A stretch of DNA of 64,000 bases from Candidatus Daviesbacteria bacterium (GTDB lineage Bacteria > Patescibacteriota > Microgenomatia > Daviesbacterales > UBA10151), in assembly GCA_016176335.1 (NCBI GenBank), contig JACOXI010000003.1:258477-322476 (forward strand), read 5' to 3'. The position numbers and the translations under genes are program-made. Positions 53,665-62,810 of the stretch are shown one piece after another. A model generated the notes under the pieces. That model was not told the DNA's origin. It made no database searches and saw only the letters and a program-made list of their open reading frames with translations. Each line of letters opens with the position of its first letter. The stretch's first letter is position 1.

Positions 53665-53937
53665 ATGTACAGACCTAAAGATACACAGGAAAGAATTCTG
53701 CATAGACTAAGGATCGCCAGGGGGCATCTTGATAAAGTGATCAAGATGATTGAGAATGGGGACTACTGCATTGATATTATCCACCAATCCCAGGCTGTTC
53801 AAAGTGCTCTGCGAGAAGCTGACTCCTTAACTTTAGAAAACCACTTGAAAACCTGTGTGGTTGATCATATTAAAAAGGGCGAGACAGAGACTTCTATCAA
53901 AGAAATAATGTATGTTTTTAAGAAGAATAAGCAATAA
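53665..53937 (+). CDS. csoR: CsoR/RcnR-family metal-sensing transcriptional repressor
   Basis: …ILHRLRIARGHLDKVIKMIENGDYCIDIIHQSQAVQSAL…H…C… is the CsoR W-X-Y-Z fingerprint (Cys/His/Cys) in a 4-helix bundle of about 90 aa. Confidence 0.7.
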   Translation: MYRPKDTQERILHRLRIARGHLDKVIKMIENGDYCIDIIHQSQAVQSALREADSLTLENHLKTCVVDHIKKGETETSIKEIMYVFKKNKQ

Positions 53938-53938
53938 G

Positions 53939-54436
53939 ATGAATGACAAAAAAATTATTATTGGCTTTGTAGTCTTAACGCTCTTAATACTGGGAGGTGG
54001 AGTTTATATTTTAAGTGTTACCACTGCTAATCCTGCTGTGGTTAATCTTGCCCAAAATGCCAAAGTGTCTGTTGATCAAAAAACTCATGATTGGGGAAAT
54101 ATCCCTTATAGCGGAGGTAATGTCAGCAAAACTTTTACTATTAAAAATACAGGAACTGATTCCTTAAAGCTGACTAACATAAAAACTTCATGTGCTTGTA
54201 CTTATGCTCAAGTAATCATCGATGGGAAGACAAGTCCTAATTTTGGTATGCACACCACTTCTTCCTGGGTGGGAGAGGTGGCTCTAGGTAAAGAAGCCAA
54301 CTTAACGGTCGTTTTTGATCCGGCTTTCCATGGTCCGTCAGGTGTGGGAGCTATTGAACGGTTGGTGTCGGTTGAAACAAATGATATTCAAAATCCTAAA
54401 TTAGAATTTTCCTTAAAAGGGGTAGTAGTGAAATAA
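53939..54436 (+). CDS. DUF1573-domain protein (N-terminal TM + beta-sandwich)
   Basis: …HDWGNIPYSGGNVSKTFTIKNTGTDSLKLTNIKTSCACTYAQV… matches the DUF1573 pattern (DFG.I…F.F.N.G…L.I..V..SCGCT). Confidence 0.55.
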   Translation: MNDKKIIIGFVVLTLLILGGGVYILSVTTANPAVVNLAQNAKVSVDQKTHDWGNIPYSGGNVSKTFTIKNTGTDSLKLTNIKTSCACTYAQVIIDGKTSPNFGMHTTSSWVGEVALGKEANLTVVFDPAFHGPSGVGAIERLVSVETNDIQNPKLEFSLKGVVVK

Positions 54437-54449
54437 TTCAAAATTCAAA

Positions 54450-55397
54450 ATGCAAAATTCAAAATTACAATTAAAAATTCAAAAATTTTTATCTAAAGCA
54501 GTGCCGCTTTGGATGGTGCTTTTGATTGTTTTAAATTCCACCCTAATCATGGGTATTATCCAGTACTATTTGATGAAGCAGGAATTGGATAAAAATATCC
54601 GGCAGCTTGCAAAAACCACTCAAACTCCCCAGCAACTGGCGCAAATTTTAAAACAGGAGGTTGTGCCTCAAAAAGGTTATGTGACCTCTTTAAAATGGAA
54701 AGATTTAGGCAAAAGATTAGTGGAGACAGGGGCTATTGATAAGAAAAAATATGAGGAAATCTTTACTCAAAATGTGGATGGAGGGGATCATATGAAATAT
54801 ATGGATGGAAATTGGGAGGAGAATATTGCTATTAACGAGCAAAATGCCCGTTTTATGGTTAATACTTTTTGGGCTTTGGGGTTGGTTAATAAGAGTAAGG
54901 TTTTAGATGAAGGGCCAATGAGGGGAGAGGGTATTGAAACCGGAAACATGGCTTCAACCGCAGGTTGGACTTTGGGTAGTAAACCTGCCATGGAGCTTTA
55001 TTCTTCAAGTCCAACAATTCCTTTAACTGCCGAGCAGCAAGAACTGGTTAAAAAGATTGCCCAAAATGTTTTTCGTCCTTGCTGCGGTAACTCAACTTAT
55101 TTTCCGGACTGCAACCATGGTATGGCTGCCTTAGGATATATTGAGTGGGCAATCTATAATGGATTATCTGAAGACCAAATTTATAAAGATCTTTTAGCCT
55201 TTAATTCTTTCTGGTTTCCGCAAAATTATGTAGAGATGGCAGTTTATTTTGATAAGCAAAATATCAAATGGAAAGATTTAGACCCAAAATTGGCACTCTC
55301 TGCCTCTTATTCTTCGGCGCAAGGTGTGCAGCGTATAAAACAAGCCATACAATCTGTTCCCGGGGTTTCCGGAAGCGGCGGAGGTTGTGGTGTATAA
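54450..55397 (+). CDS. Cys-rich 'CCxNS…DCNHG' family protein, paralog A (metal island)
   Basis: N-terminal TM, then …LTAEQQELVKKIAQNVFRPCCGNSTYFPDCNHGMAALG…AFNSFWFPQNY…GSGGGCGV*. Clear paralog of the C-terminal 300 aa of ORF 59878–61326 (FRPCCNNSTFFQDCNHG…AFNSFWFPQNY…GGAGCGV*). The 5' end is encoded by a heptamer-repeat tract. Confidence 0.5.
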   Translation: MQNSKLQLKIQKFLSKAVPLWMVLLIVLNSTLIMGIIQYYLMKQELDKNIRQLAKTTQTPQQLAQILKQEVVPQKGYVTSLKWKDLGKRLVETGAIDKKKYEEIFTQNVDGGDHMKYMDGNWEENIAINEQNARFMVNTFWALGLVNKSKVLDEGPMRGEGIETGNMASTAGWTLGSKPAMELYSSSPTIPLTAEQQELVKKIAQNVFRPCCGNSTYFPDCNHGMAALGYIEWAIYNGLSEDQIYKDLLAFNSFWFPQNYVEMAVYFDKQNIKWKDLDPKLALSASYSSAQGVQRIKQAIQSVPGVSGSGGGCGV

Positions 55398-56234
55398 ATG
55401 GAAAGTGTATTTTTTCAAACATCACTGGTAGCAGCTTTTGTGGCGGGAATGGTGGCTCTGTTTGCTCCATGTTGTATTACATTTCTTCTTCCGGCATATT
55501 TAGGATCTGTTTTTAAAGAAAAAGAAAAGATAGTTTTAATGACTTTAGTTTTCGGGGCGGGAATTTTTGTAACTTTGATGCCGGCAGTTTTAGGGGTGGC
55601 GCTAATTTCCAAAATGCTTTTTAGATACCATGATGCAATTTATATTACAGGCGGCTTGCTGATGCTTTTTGTGGCAGCAGTTACCTTTTTAGGCTTAAAA
55701 TTACCAATGCCCTCATTACCAAATGCAAAGATTGGCAGGAGAGCAGACATATTATCAATTTTTACTCTGGGTATTTTCTCCGGTATCACATCTGCCTGTT
55801 GCGCACCGGTTTTGATTGGAATTATGACTTTGACTTTTCTTTCTCCCAGCTTTTTCGGAGCGCTTTTGGTGGGTGGGACTTATGTATTGGGGATGGTAGT
55901 ACCGCTTCTTATGATGGCGGTTTTTTTGTCGGACAAGATGCCCAAAATGGTCTTTTTAAGAAGGCCGGTTACCAGCATTAACCTTTTCGGCAGAACTTAT
56001 ATGGTGGCATTGAGTAATCTGATTGCCTCGGTGATATTTTTCGCAACAGGCATCCTGGCTTTGGGGCTGACTTTGACAGGGAAATTGTCTTCTCAAGATA
56101 TGGACATATTCACCAAAACCATAACAGGAGTATTAAATAACGTGAATAATGTTTTTGGCAGCAATATTTTTGTAAATATTTTATTCGTCGTGGTCTTGGC
56201 ATTCCTTATTTATAAAGTTTCGAAAAAGCTTTAG
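55398..56234 (+). CDS. DsbD/CcdA-superfamily-like membrane protein with paired-Cys motifs (MerT-like)
   Basis: 8-TM protein with …FAPCCITFLLPAYLG… in TM1 and …SACCAPVLIG… in a later TM. Start codon abuts the paralog-A stop (translationally coupled). Confidence 0.5.
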   Translation: MESVFFQTSLVAAFVAGMVALFAPCCITFLLPAYLGSVFKEKEKIVLMTLVFGAGIFVTLMPAVLGVALISKMLFRYHDAIYITGGLLMLFVAAVTFLGLKLPMPSLPNAKIGRRADILSIFTLGIFSGITSACCAPVLIGIMTLTFLSPSFFGALLVGGTYVLGMVVPLLMMAVFLSDKMPKMVFLRRPVTSINLFGRTYMVALSNLIASVIFFATGILALGLTLTGKLSSQDMDIFTKTITGVLNNVNNVFGSNIFVNILFVVVLAFLIYKVSKKL

Positions 56235-56259
56235 ACTGGATTTAAGGAGGTGATTTTAA

Positions 56260-56397
56260 ATGATGGGTTATGGAAATTGGGGGTATGGCATGATGAGTTC
56301 CGGATTTGGAGTTTTGGCAACCGTTTTCTGGTTGGTTATTTTCATTGACCTTATTCTTATAGGTATTTGGCTTTGGAAACAGATTCAAAAGAAGTAA
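56260..56397 (+). CDS. small membrane protein (45 aa; missed by the ORF track)
   Basis: RBS AAGGAGGTGA 9 nt upstream. Product MMGYGNWGYGMMSSGFGVLATVFWLVIFIDLILIGIWLWKQIQKK. Confidence 0.4.
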   Translation: MMGYGNWGYGMMSSGFGVLATVFWLVIFIDLILIGIWLWKQIQKK

Positions 56398-56401
56398 GGA
56401 G

Positions 56402-56674
56402 GTGAGAAAAATGTTAAATGCAAAAGCTTTTGCCAATGCGGCATCAGCCGTGATGGGAATTTGGGTGGTAGTTTGTGCATTAGTTTCATATATTGCACCG
56501 GACCTTTTGTTTACTATAGCCCAATCCTGGATGCATACCATTAATTTGGAGGTAGCCAAAACTACTTTCAGTCCGAATTTGGGATTATTACTTTTGGGGC
56601 TGGTAAGCGCAACAGGTCTAACCTGGATAACAACCTATGGCACCATCAGTTTATACAATAAGTGGGTAAGATGA
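56402..56674 (+). CDS. small 2-TM membrane protein
   Basis: RBS AAGGAGGTGAG 8 nt upstream; 90 aa hydrophobic. The ORF ends overlapping the copB start. Confidence 0.4.
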   Translation: MRKMLNAKAFANAASAVMGIWVVVCALVSYIAPDLLFTIAQSWMHTINLEVAKTTFSPNLGLLLLGLVSATGLTWITTYGTISLYNKWVR

Positions 56675-58905
56675 TTGAAAAAAATATGTATATTTGTCCA
56701 ATGCATCCTGATGTTATATCCGAAAGAGCAGGTAAATGTCCCAAGTGTGGTGGCATGGATTTAGTGGAGAAGAAAGAGGAACATGGTATAAGTCACGATA
56801 TGCACGAAGTTGATCAGCCCCAAAGAGCCGGTATGTATTACAGCTGTCCTATGGATCCGGAGGTGATTTCCAAAAAGCCTGGTAATTGTCCCAAATGCGG
56901 CATGGAGCTTATGCCAATAACAAAAGAACATGGGGGTTTGGATCATGCAAATATGGAAGAGGGTTTCAAGCGAAGATTTTTTGTCACCTTACCTCTGGTA
57001 TTTATTATTGTAGTGCTTGCCCCAAAGATTCAGGAATGGTTCAGGTTTAGCCTCACATTCCCGGGAATGGAAATTGTGACCTTTGCCTTAACCTCGGTAA
57101 TAGTTTTCTACTCTGGTTTGCCTTTTTATCAGATGGCCCTTGGTGAAATTAAAGCCAAAAAGTACGGCATGATGACTTTGGTTTCATTGGCTGTTTTATC
57201 AGGGTATTTTTTCTCTGTTGCCGCAACTTTCCTTTTTCCGGGAGAAAATCTTTACTGGGAAATTGCCACATTGGTTTTGGCATTTTTGCTGGGTCACTGG
57301 ATAGAAATGAGAGCTGTTCGGGGCGCAACAGGGGCACTGGCTGAATTGGCCAGACTTATTCCTCCCACGGCCCATAAGATAGTGATAAGTGGCAAGAGAA
57401 AAGTAATTAGTGATGTGGGAACAGGACAATTAAAAAAGGGCGATCTGATTCTGGTTCGTCCAGGAGAAAAAATGCCCATTGATGGGGTGGTTTGGGAAGG
57501 AGAATCTGCTGTAAATGAGTCAATGGTGACAGGAGAGTCTGTTCCTGTAGAAAAGAAAAAAGGGTCAGAAGTGATAGGCGGGACGATCAACAGTGACGGT
57601 TCTCTGACAGTTAAGGTCACAAAAACCGGGGAGGAAACAGCCATCTCCCAGATGATGGAGCTGATTCGGCAGGCACAAGAGAGTAAACCTGATGTACAAA
57701 AAATGGCTGATCAAGCAGCCAGCTGGTTAACATTTACTGCCCTGACAGTAGGTATAGGCACCTTTTTGTTTTGGTTTTTTGGATCAAACCAGGGGGCTAT
57801 TTTTGCCGGAACTTTGGCGATTTCCGTAATTGTTATTGCCTGTCCTCATGCTCTGGGTCTGGCTATCCCGACTGTCACCACTATCACTACGGCTTTGGCT
57901 GCCAAAAACGGAATTTTAATCAAAGACATGAGGGCTTTGGAGATTGCCAGAAAACTTAACTGGGTGGTTTTGGATAAAACAGGAACGTTAACAGAGGGGA
58001 AATTTGGAGTGTCTGATGTGGCAACATTTGGGAAAATATCGTCTGTGGAGATTATTAACTTGGCAACTGCTTTGGAGTTTCATTCTCAACATCCGATTGC
58101 CCAGGGTATTGTGGAGGAGGCCAAAAAAAGGAGAATGAATATACAACCTGCCAAAAATTTTAAATCTATTCCCGGCAAAGGAGCAGAAGGTTTGGTAGAT
58201 GGAAAAAAAGTGGTAGTGGGGAATCAGGCACTGATGGAAGATTTAAGAATTAAGAATATAGAATCAAGAATTAAGGGATTTAAACAGGAAGGGAAAACTT
58301 TTATTTTTGTGGCCATAAATAACAGATTAGTTGGGGCAATTGGGCTGGAAGATGTCATAAGGCCACAGTCAAAAGAAGCAATAGATGCTTTTAGGGAAAT
58401 GGGCATTAAAACAGCCATGCTGACCGGTGATCATGAAACTGTTGCAAAAATGGTGGCTGAAAGATTGGGTATAGATACTTTTTTTGCCCAGGTTCTACCC
58501 GGGGATAAGGTTAGCAAAATCAAGCAGTTGCAAGAAGGGGGCAATGTGGTGGCGATGGTGGGGGATGGGATTAATGATGCGGCCTCTTTAACCCAGGCTC
58601 ATATTGGTATTGCCATTGGGGCAGGCACGGGAGTGGCCATTGAGTCTGCAGAAATAGTGCTGATGAAAAATGACCCCAGGGATGTAGTTAAAGCTATAAA
58701 ACTTTCTCAAAAAACCAACATTAAGATGGTGCAAAATCTTGCTTGGGCAGCAGGTTACAATATCATTACCATCCCCATGGCAGCCGGTATTTTTTATAAC
58801 CTGGGAATTCTGCTGCGCCCTGAATGGGCAGCGCTTTTGATGAGTGCCTCATCTGTGATCGTGGTTTTCAATGCCTTGCTTTTAAAAAAGGAACGTCTTG
58901 ACTGA
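56662..58905 (+). CDS. copB: P1B-type heavy-metal-translocating ATPase, CPH subtype (CopB-like) with two N-terminal Cys4 metal-binding mini-domains
   Basis: Two repeats YICPMHPDVISERAGKCPKCGGMDL / YYSCPMDPEVISKKPGNCPKCGMEL. TM6 motif CPH (…IACPHALGLAIP…), DKTGTLT, GDGINDAA, HP. 747 aa. Confidence 0.9.
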   Translation: MGKMIEKNMYICPMHPDVISERAGKCPKCGGMDLVEKKEEHGISHDMHEVDQPQRAGMYYSCPMDPEVISKKPGNCPKCGMELMPITKEHGGLDHANMEEGFKRRFFVTLPLVFIIVVLAPKIQEWFRFSLTFPGMEIVTFALTSVIVFYSGLPFYQMALGEIKAKKYGMMTLVSLAVLSGYFFSVAATFLFPGENLYWEIATLVLAFLLGHWIEMRAVRGATGALAELARLIPPTAHKIVISGKRKVISDVGTGQLKKGDLILVRPGEKMPIDGVVWEGESAVNESMVTGESVPVEKKKGSEVIGGTINSDGSLTVKVTKTGEETAISQMMELIRQAQESKPDVQKMADQAASWLTFTALTVGIGTFLFWFFGSNQGAIFAGTLAISVIVIACPHALGLAIPTVTTITTALAAKNGILIKDMRALEIARKLNWVVLDKTGTLTEGKFGVSDVATFGKISSVEIINLATALEFHSQHPIAQGIVEEAKKRRMNIQPAKNFKSIPGKGAEGLVDGKKVVVGNQALMEDLRIKNIESRIKGFKQEGKTFIFVAINNRLVGAIGLEDVIRPQSKEAIDAFREMGIKTAMLTGDHETVAKMVAERLGIDTFFAQVLPGDKVSKIKQLQEGGNVVAMVGDGINDAASLTQAHIGIAIGAGTGVAIESAEIVLMKNDPRDVVKAIKLSQKTNIKMVQNLAWAAGYNIITIPMAAGIFYNLGILLRPEWAALLMSASSVIVVFNALLLKKERLD

Positions 58906-58950
58906 AGATCATTGACAAAAGTAAAATAAATTCCTATCATTTGTATAGAT

Positions 58951-59274
58951 ATGCAAATGAAGAAAAAAGAAACTCTCCAAAATGAACTTCAAGATAACGC
59001 CAAAATTGAGGCGTGTGCTGAAAAATTTGGCACTACAGGCGACCGAACCCGAATGAGGATTTGCTACCTTCTTTGTCACCATCCAGAGTTAACAGTTTCT
59101 GAAATAGCTGAAATTATTAGTTCTCCAATCTCGACTGTGTCTCACAGCCTAAAGAAGCTAAAAGAAATACAGGTAGTTGACCACCGAAGACAAGCAAAGC
59201 AAGTTTTATATTCTTTAAGTAAAAACAAATTTGTTTCAGTCATTAAAAGTCAATTATTAGGAAACAATGAATAA
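58951..59274 (+). CDS. ArsR/SmtB-family metalloregulator
   Basis: wHTH …RMRICYLLCHHPELTVSEIAEIISSPISTVSHSLKKLKEIQVVDHRRQAKQVLYSL… with Cys/His in the alpha3 region. Confidence 0.7.
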   Translation: MQMKKKETLQNELQDNAKIEACAEKFGTTGDRTRMRICYLLCHHPELTVSEIAEIISSPISTVSHSLKKLKEIQVVDHRRQAKQVLYSLSKNKFVSVIKSQLLGNNE

Positions 59275-59875
59275 AAAGATACTTGTATTAGCACTAATTA
59301 TAACGGCCTTTGTTGCAGGTTATTTTTATTTTTTCTCATCCAAGCCGCTATTTAATTTTTCTCCCAAGGAGTTTCAACAGGAAACAAAAGGGTTGGTTAA
59401 CGAAGCATTAGCTGTAAAATTTGATTACCTTTCCAAGAATGGTAATTCTTCTTGTTCGGGAGCATTCCGAGACTCTATCGCTTCAATGCCAGACAATGCT
59501 CGTTTACAAGGTTCTTGCTGCAGCCCCATGAGTATGCACCGCTACAGCGAGCAAGTTGAAGGGCTAAAAAAGTATCAACAAATCTTGGAAATCCCTCCTG
59601 ATCCTTATGATATTGAGGCAAAGCTGGCTAAAAAGTTAATGGCAGATTATGACAATATTCAGTTAACTGCAGAAGAACAGAAAGCTTACGATTTTGCCAT
59701 GCAAAATTCTGATGAGAAAGGCCCTTGTTGCTGTAAGTGCTGGAGATGGAATGTTTACGGAGGATTAGGAAAGTATTTGATTAAGAATTACAAATTTACT
59801 GGACAGCAGGTTACCCAAGTGTGGAATTTATCTGATGGATGCGGTGGTGATAATGACCATCATCACAGTTCATAA
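59267..59875 (+). CDS. secreted Cys/His-rich putative metal-binding protein
   Basis: N-terminal TM/signal; clusters …GNSSCSGAF…, …GSCCSPMSMH…, …GPCCCKCWRW…, C-terminal …DGCGGDNDHHHSS*. Confidence 0.45.
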   Translation: MNKKILVLALIITAFVAGYFYFFSSKPLFNFSPKEFQQETKGLVNEALAVKFDYLSKNGNSSCSGAFRDSIASMPDNARLQGSCCSPMSMHRYSEQVEGLKKYQQILEIPPDPYDIEAKLAKKLMADYDNIQLTAEEQKAYDFAMQNSDEKGPCCCKCWRWNVYGGLGKYLIKNYKFTGQQVTQVWNLSDGCGGDNDHHHSS

Positions 59876-59877
59876 GT

Positions 59878-61326
59878 ATGAAGAAACGAGCAATTAAAAA
59901 ACTTAAAACTAAATTTCTTACAGCAGCGTTCTATGGCTCCATCGGCTTAACAGCCTCACTTGCTCTATTTCTTGTCTTTTATTGGAGTTTGAGCCTAAAT
60001 TCAAGTATTTACAGCCTTATCAACAATACGAAAGGCGAACCTATTTATCTTTGGGTCTATGTGTTTCTTACTTTCGGCACCATTTTCTTGTTTGGTGTTA
60101 ACGCTGTACTTTTTGTTTATCGGTGGAGGAAGTTCGGGCCTCCTAGACTTAAAGGTCAAGGCGGAAGCGGTTTGGGAGCTTTGGTAGGAGTGGCGGCTTC
60201 AGCTTGTCCGGTCTGCGGTTCTGTTCTTTTATCTGCCATTGGTATTGCCGGAGGATTGGCAGTTTTCCCGCTTCAAGGTTTGGAACTGAAAGCGCTCTCT
60301 TTTGGACTAATGGCGCTCCCTGTTTGGTTAACAACCAGAGAGTTAAAATCTTTAAGTTGCGGTGATGAAACTTGCCCGACTCCTCGTCCTACTTGGTTTC
60401 AGGCAAAAGACAAGCCTTATCTTATAGCCTCTTTAGCATTAGTTACTGTTTTGATACTTATTGGCTGGAATATGCTCAAATCAGACCCGATAGTTTATGG
60501 TTTTTTCAATAAACCAGAGGCAACAAAGGTTTCTTCAACAATCAATCCATTGTATGACGAAGTAGTGGCTAAAGTTTTGCCCTCCCAAGGTTTTCAAAGC
60601 AAAATTTTCTTAGGAGATAGCTTCTTAAAATTGGTACAAAATGGTGTTATTGACCAGAGTAAGTTTGAAGCAATTTATCAAGAACGCGGAGGATTGTCAG
60701 CCCAGTTTAAAGAAGTCTTAAGTGAGCCTTCATACAAACCAATTCTTCTCACCCGCGAAAATGCCAACATCTACGTCAATCTTCTCTGGGCATTAGGACT
60801 TTCCAACTATATGTCAACAAATAAAGATAGCCCTGTTAACGGCAAATCTCTTTTTAACTTTGCTTCAACTGGAGGCTGGAATATAGGGAAGGAAGAAAAT
60901 GGGGGAGCGTACTTCAATAAATTCAGAATAGTTAGGCTGACACCCGAGCAAGAGGCTCTAGTCACTCAAATTGCCAAAGCAACCTTCCGTCCCTGTTGCA
61001 ATAACTCTACCTTTTTCCAAGATTGTAACCATGGTTCTGCTCTTTTAGGGCTTCTCCAACTCGGAGCTTCACAAGGACTCACTGAAGATGAGTTGTACAA
61101 AGAGGCTCTCGCTTTCAATTCCTTTTGGTTCCCGCAAAATTATATTCAAACAGCCTTATATTTTAAGGTAGTTAAAAACACAGATTGGGACAAAGTTGAC
61201 CCAAAAGTAGCGTTGGGAGCTAATTACTCAACTGGCAATGGATGGAGCAAGAATGTGCAAACAGAGATTGCTAAAATACCAAACCTTATCCCCCAAACAA
61301 ACGGTGGAGCAGGATGTGGGGTATAA
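59878..61326 (+). CDS. fusion of a 4-TM CxxC membrane domain with a Cys-rich 'CCxNS…DCNHG' domain, paralog B
   Basis: N-terminal 180 aa with TM helices and …ASACPVCGSVLLSA…. The C-terminal 300 aa is paralogous to ORF 54450–55397. Confidence 0.5.
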   Translation: MKKRAIKKLKTKFLTAAFYGSIGLTASLALFLVFYWSLSLNSSIYSLINNTKGEPIYLWVYVFLTFGTIFLFGVNAVLFVYRWRKFGPPRLKGQGGSGLGALVGVAASACPVCGSVLLSAIGIAGGLAVFPLQGLELKALSFGLMALPVWLTTRELKSLSCGDETCPTPRPTWFQAKDKPYLIASLALVTVLILIGWNMLKSDPIVYGFFNKPEATKVSSTINPLYDEVVAKVLPSQGFQSKIFLGDSFLKLVQNGVIDQSKFEAIYQERGGLSAQFKEVLSEPSYKPILLTRENANIYVNLLWALGLSNYMSTNKDSPVNGKSLFNFASTGGWNIGKEENGGAYFNKFRIVRLTPEQEALVTQIAKATFRPCCNNSTFFQDCNHGSALLGLLQLGASQGLTEDELYKEALAFNSFWFPQNYIQTALYFKVVKNTDWDKVDPKVALGANYSTGNGWSKNVQTEIAKIPNLIPQTNGGAGCGV

Positions 61327-61372
61327 ATACTAAAGGAGGTGATAAATTATGTGTCCAGATTGCAACTAGATT

Positions 61373-62809
61373 ATGAGTGCAAATATGTTTGATTTAATTA
61401 TTATTGGTGGTGGAGCAGGCGCTTTTGCTGCTGCCATTAAGGCTAATGAACTCGGAGCAAAAACTTTATTAGTTAACAAAGGACTGCCTCTTGGTGGGAC
61501 CTGTGTTAATGTTGGTTGTGTTCCATCTAAAACTCTCCTTTGGGCCGGCGAGGTGATGCATCTTGCCAGAAACCACAAGATTCCGGGAATAGATATAGAG
61601 GTTAAAAGGTTTGATTTTGCCCAAATTGTCCAACACGAGCTTGATTTAGTAGAAAAGTTAAGAGCTGAAAAATATGAAAAAATTTTAAATGGTTTAGAGA
61701 GTGTTACTTATCTAGAAGGACAAGCGACTTTTGTTTCTCCTTATGAGATCGAAGTTAATCCTTCGACAGAGCTCAGGACAGGTGGTCAAAAGTATCAGGC
61801 TAAGAAATTCATTATCGCTGCTGGATCAACTGCAACAGTACCACCAATTGATGGGATTAAGGAAGTAGGATACTTAACTCACATTGAGGCTCTACAGATT
61901 AAACAGCAACCAAAGAAACTAATCGTAGTAGGTGCTGGTCCTTTAGGACTGGAGTTTGCCCAAATGTTTGCCAGGTTTGGTACTAAAGTAACAATATTAC
62001 ATAGAGGACAATCCATTTTCCGTGGTGAAGAAGAATTAACAACTAGACTTGCTGAAATACTCACTGAAGAAGGAATAACTATTAAAACTAATGTCCAAAT
62101 AAAAAGTGTCAGAAAAGATGGAGAGAAAAAGGTTTTAGTATACAAAGAAGCAGACTTGTCCGCCGAAGCCTTGGTAAAGGCGGATGAAATACTACTAGCT
62201 GCAGGTAAAACTCCCAATACCCAAGGAATGGGTCTTGATAAAGCTGAAGTTGGGATGGATGAGAAACAAACGATTAAAGTCAACTCCTACTTTCAAACTT
62301 CTCAATCGCATATTTATGCTATAGGTGATGTGACGGATAGCCCGCTAAGACTTGAGCCAACTGCAGGGAGGGAGGGTACACTAGCTTCAGAAAACGCCTT
62401 AAATAATGCCAAAAATAACATTGACTATAATACTGTGCCCTGGACTATCTTCACTGATCCGCAACTTGCAGGAGTAGGACTTACAGAAGAGCAGGAGATG
62501 GAGCAAATAGGAAGATGTTTATGTCGGACTGTTTCTTTTGCCAACGTACCTAAAGCCATAATAATGAATCGTACGGAAGGTTTAATCAAGATGGTTGTCC
62601 ACCCGGATACAAAAGTGATCCTGGGCGTTCATATACTGGCTCCAAATGCAGGAGAGTTAATTGCTCAAGCAATGGTACTTGTCAAGAACAAAAATACCAT
62701 TGATGATGTTATCAATTCTTTACCAATGTTTCCAACTCTTTCAGAAAGTATAAAAACCGTTGCGTTGTCTTTTACTAGAGATATAAGTAAACTAAGTTGT
62801 TGTATATAA
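61373..62809 (+). CDS. merA: mercuric reductase-like flavoprotein disulfide oxidoreductase (no N-terminal HMA domain)
   Basis: FAD motif IIGGGAGAFAAA, redox-active GGTCVNVGCVPSK, NAD motif and a C-terminal vicinal Cys pair …KLSCCI* (MerA ends …KQLSCCAG). Confidence 0.7.
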   Translation: MSANMFDLIIIGGGAGAFAAAIKANELGAKTLLVNKGLPLGGTCVNVGCVPSKTLLWAGEVMHLARNHKIPGIDIEVKRFDFAQIVQHELDLVEKLRAEKYEKILNGLESVTYLEGQATFVSPYEIEVNPSTELRTGGQKYQAKKFIIAAGSTATVPPIDGIKEVGYLTHIEALQIKQQPKKLIVVGAGPLGLEFAQMFARFGTKVTILHRGQSIFRGEEELTTRLAEILTEEGITIKTNVQIKSVRKDGEKKVLVYKEADLSAEALVKADEILLAAGKTPNTQGMGLDKAEVGMDEKQTIKVNSYFQTSQSHIYAIGDVTDSPLRLEPTAGREGTLASENALNNAKNNIDYNTVPWTIFTDPQLAGVGLTEEQEMEQIGRCLCRTVSFANVPKAIIMNRTEGLIKMVVHPDTKVILGVHILAPNAGELIAQAMVLVKNKNTIDDVINSLPMFPTLSESIKTVALSFTRDISKLSCCI

Positions 62810-62810
62810 A

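Noticed and set aside
56242-56559. 105-aa minus-strand ORF
   Set aside because: It is antisense to two RBS-supported small membrane-protein genes on the + strand.
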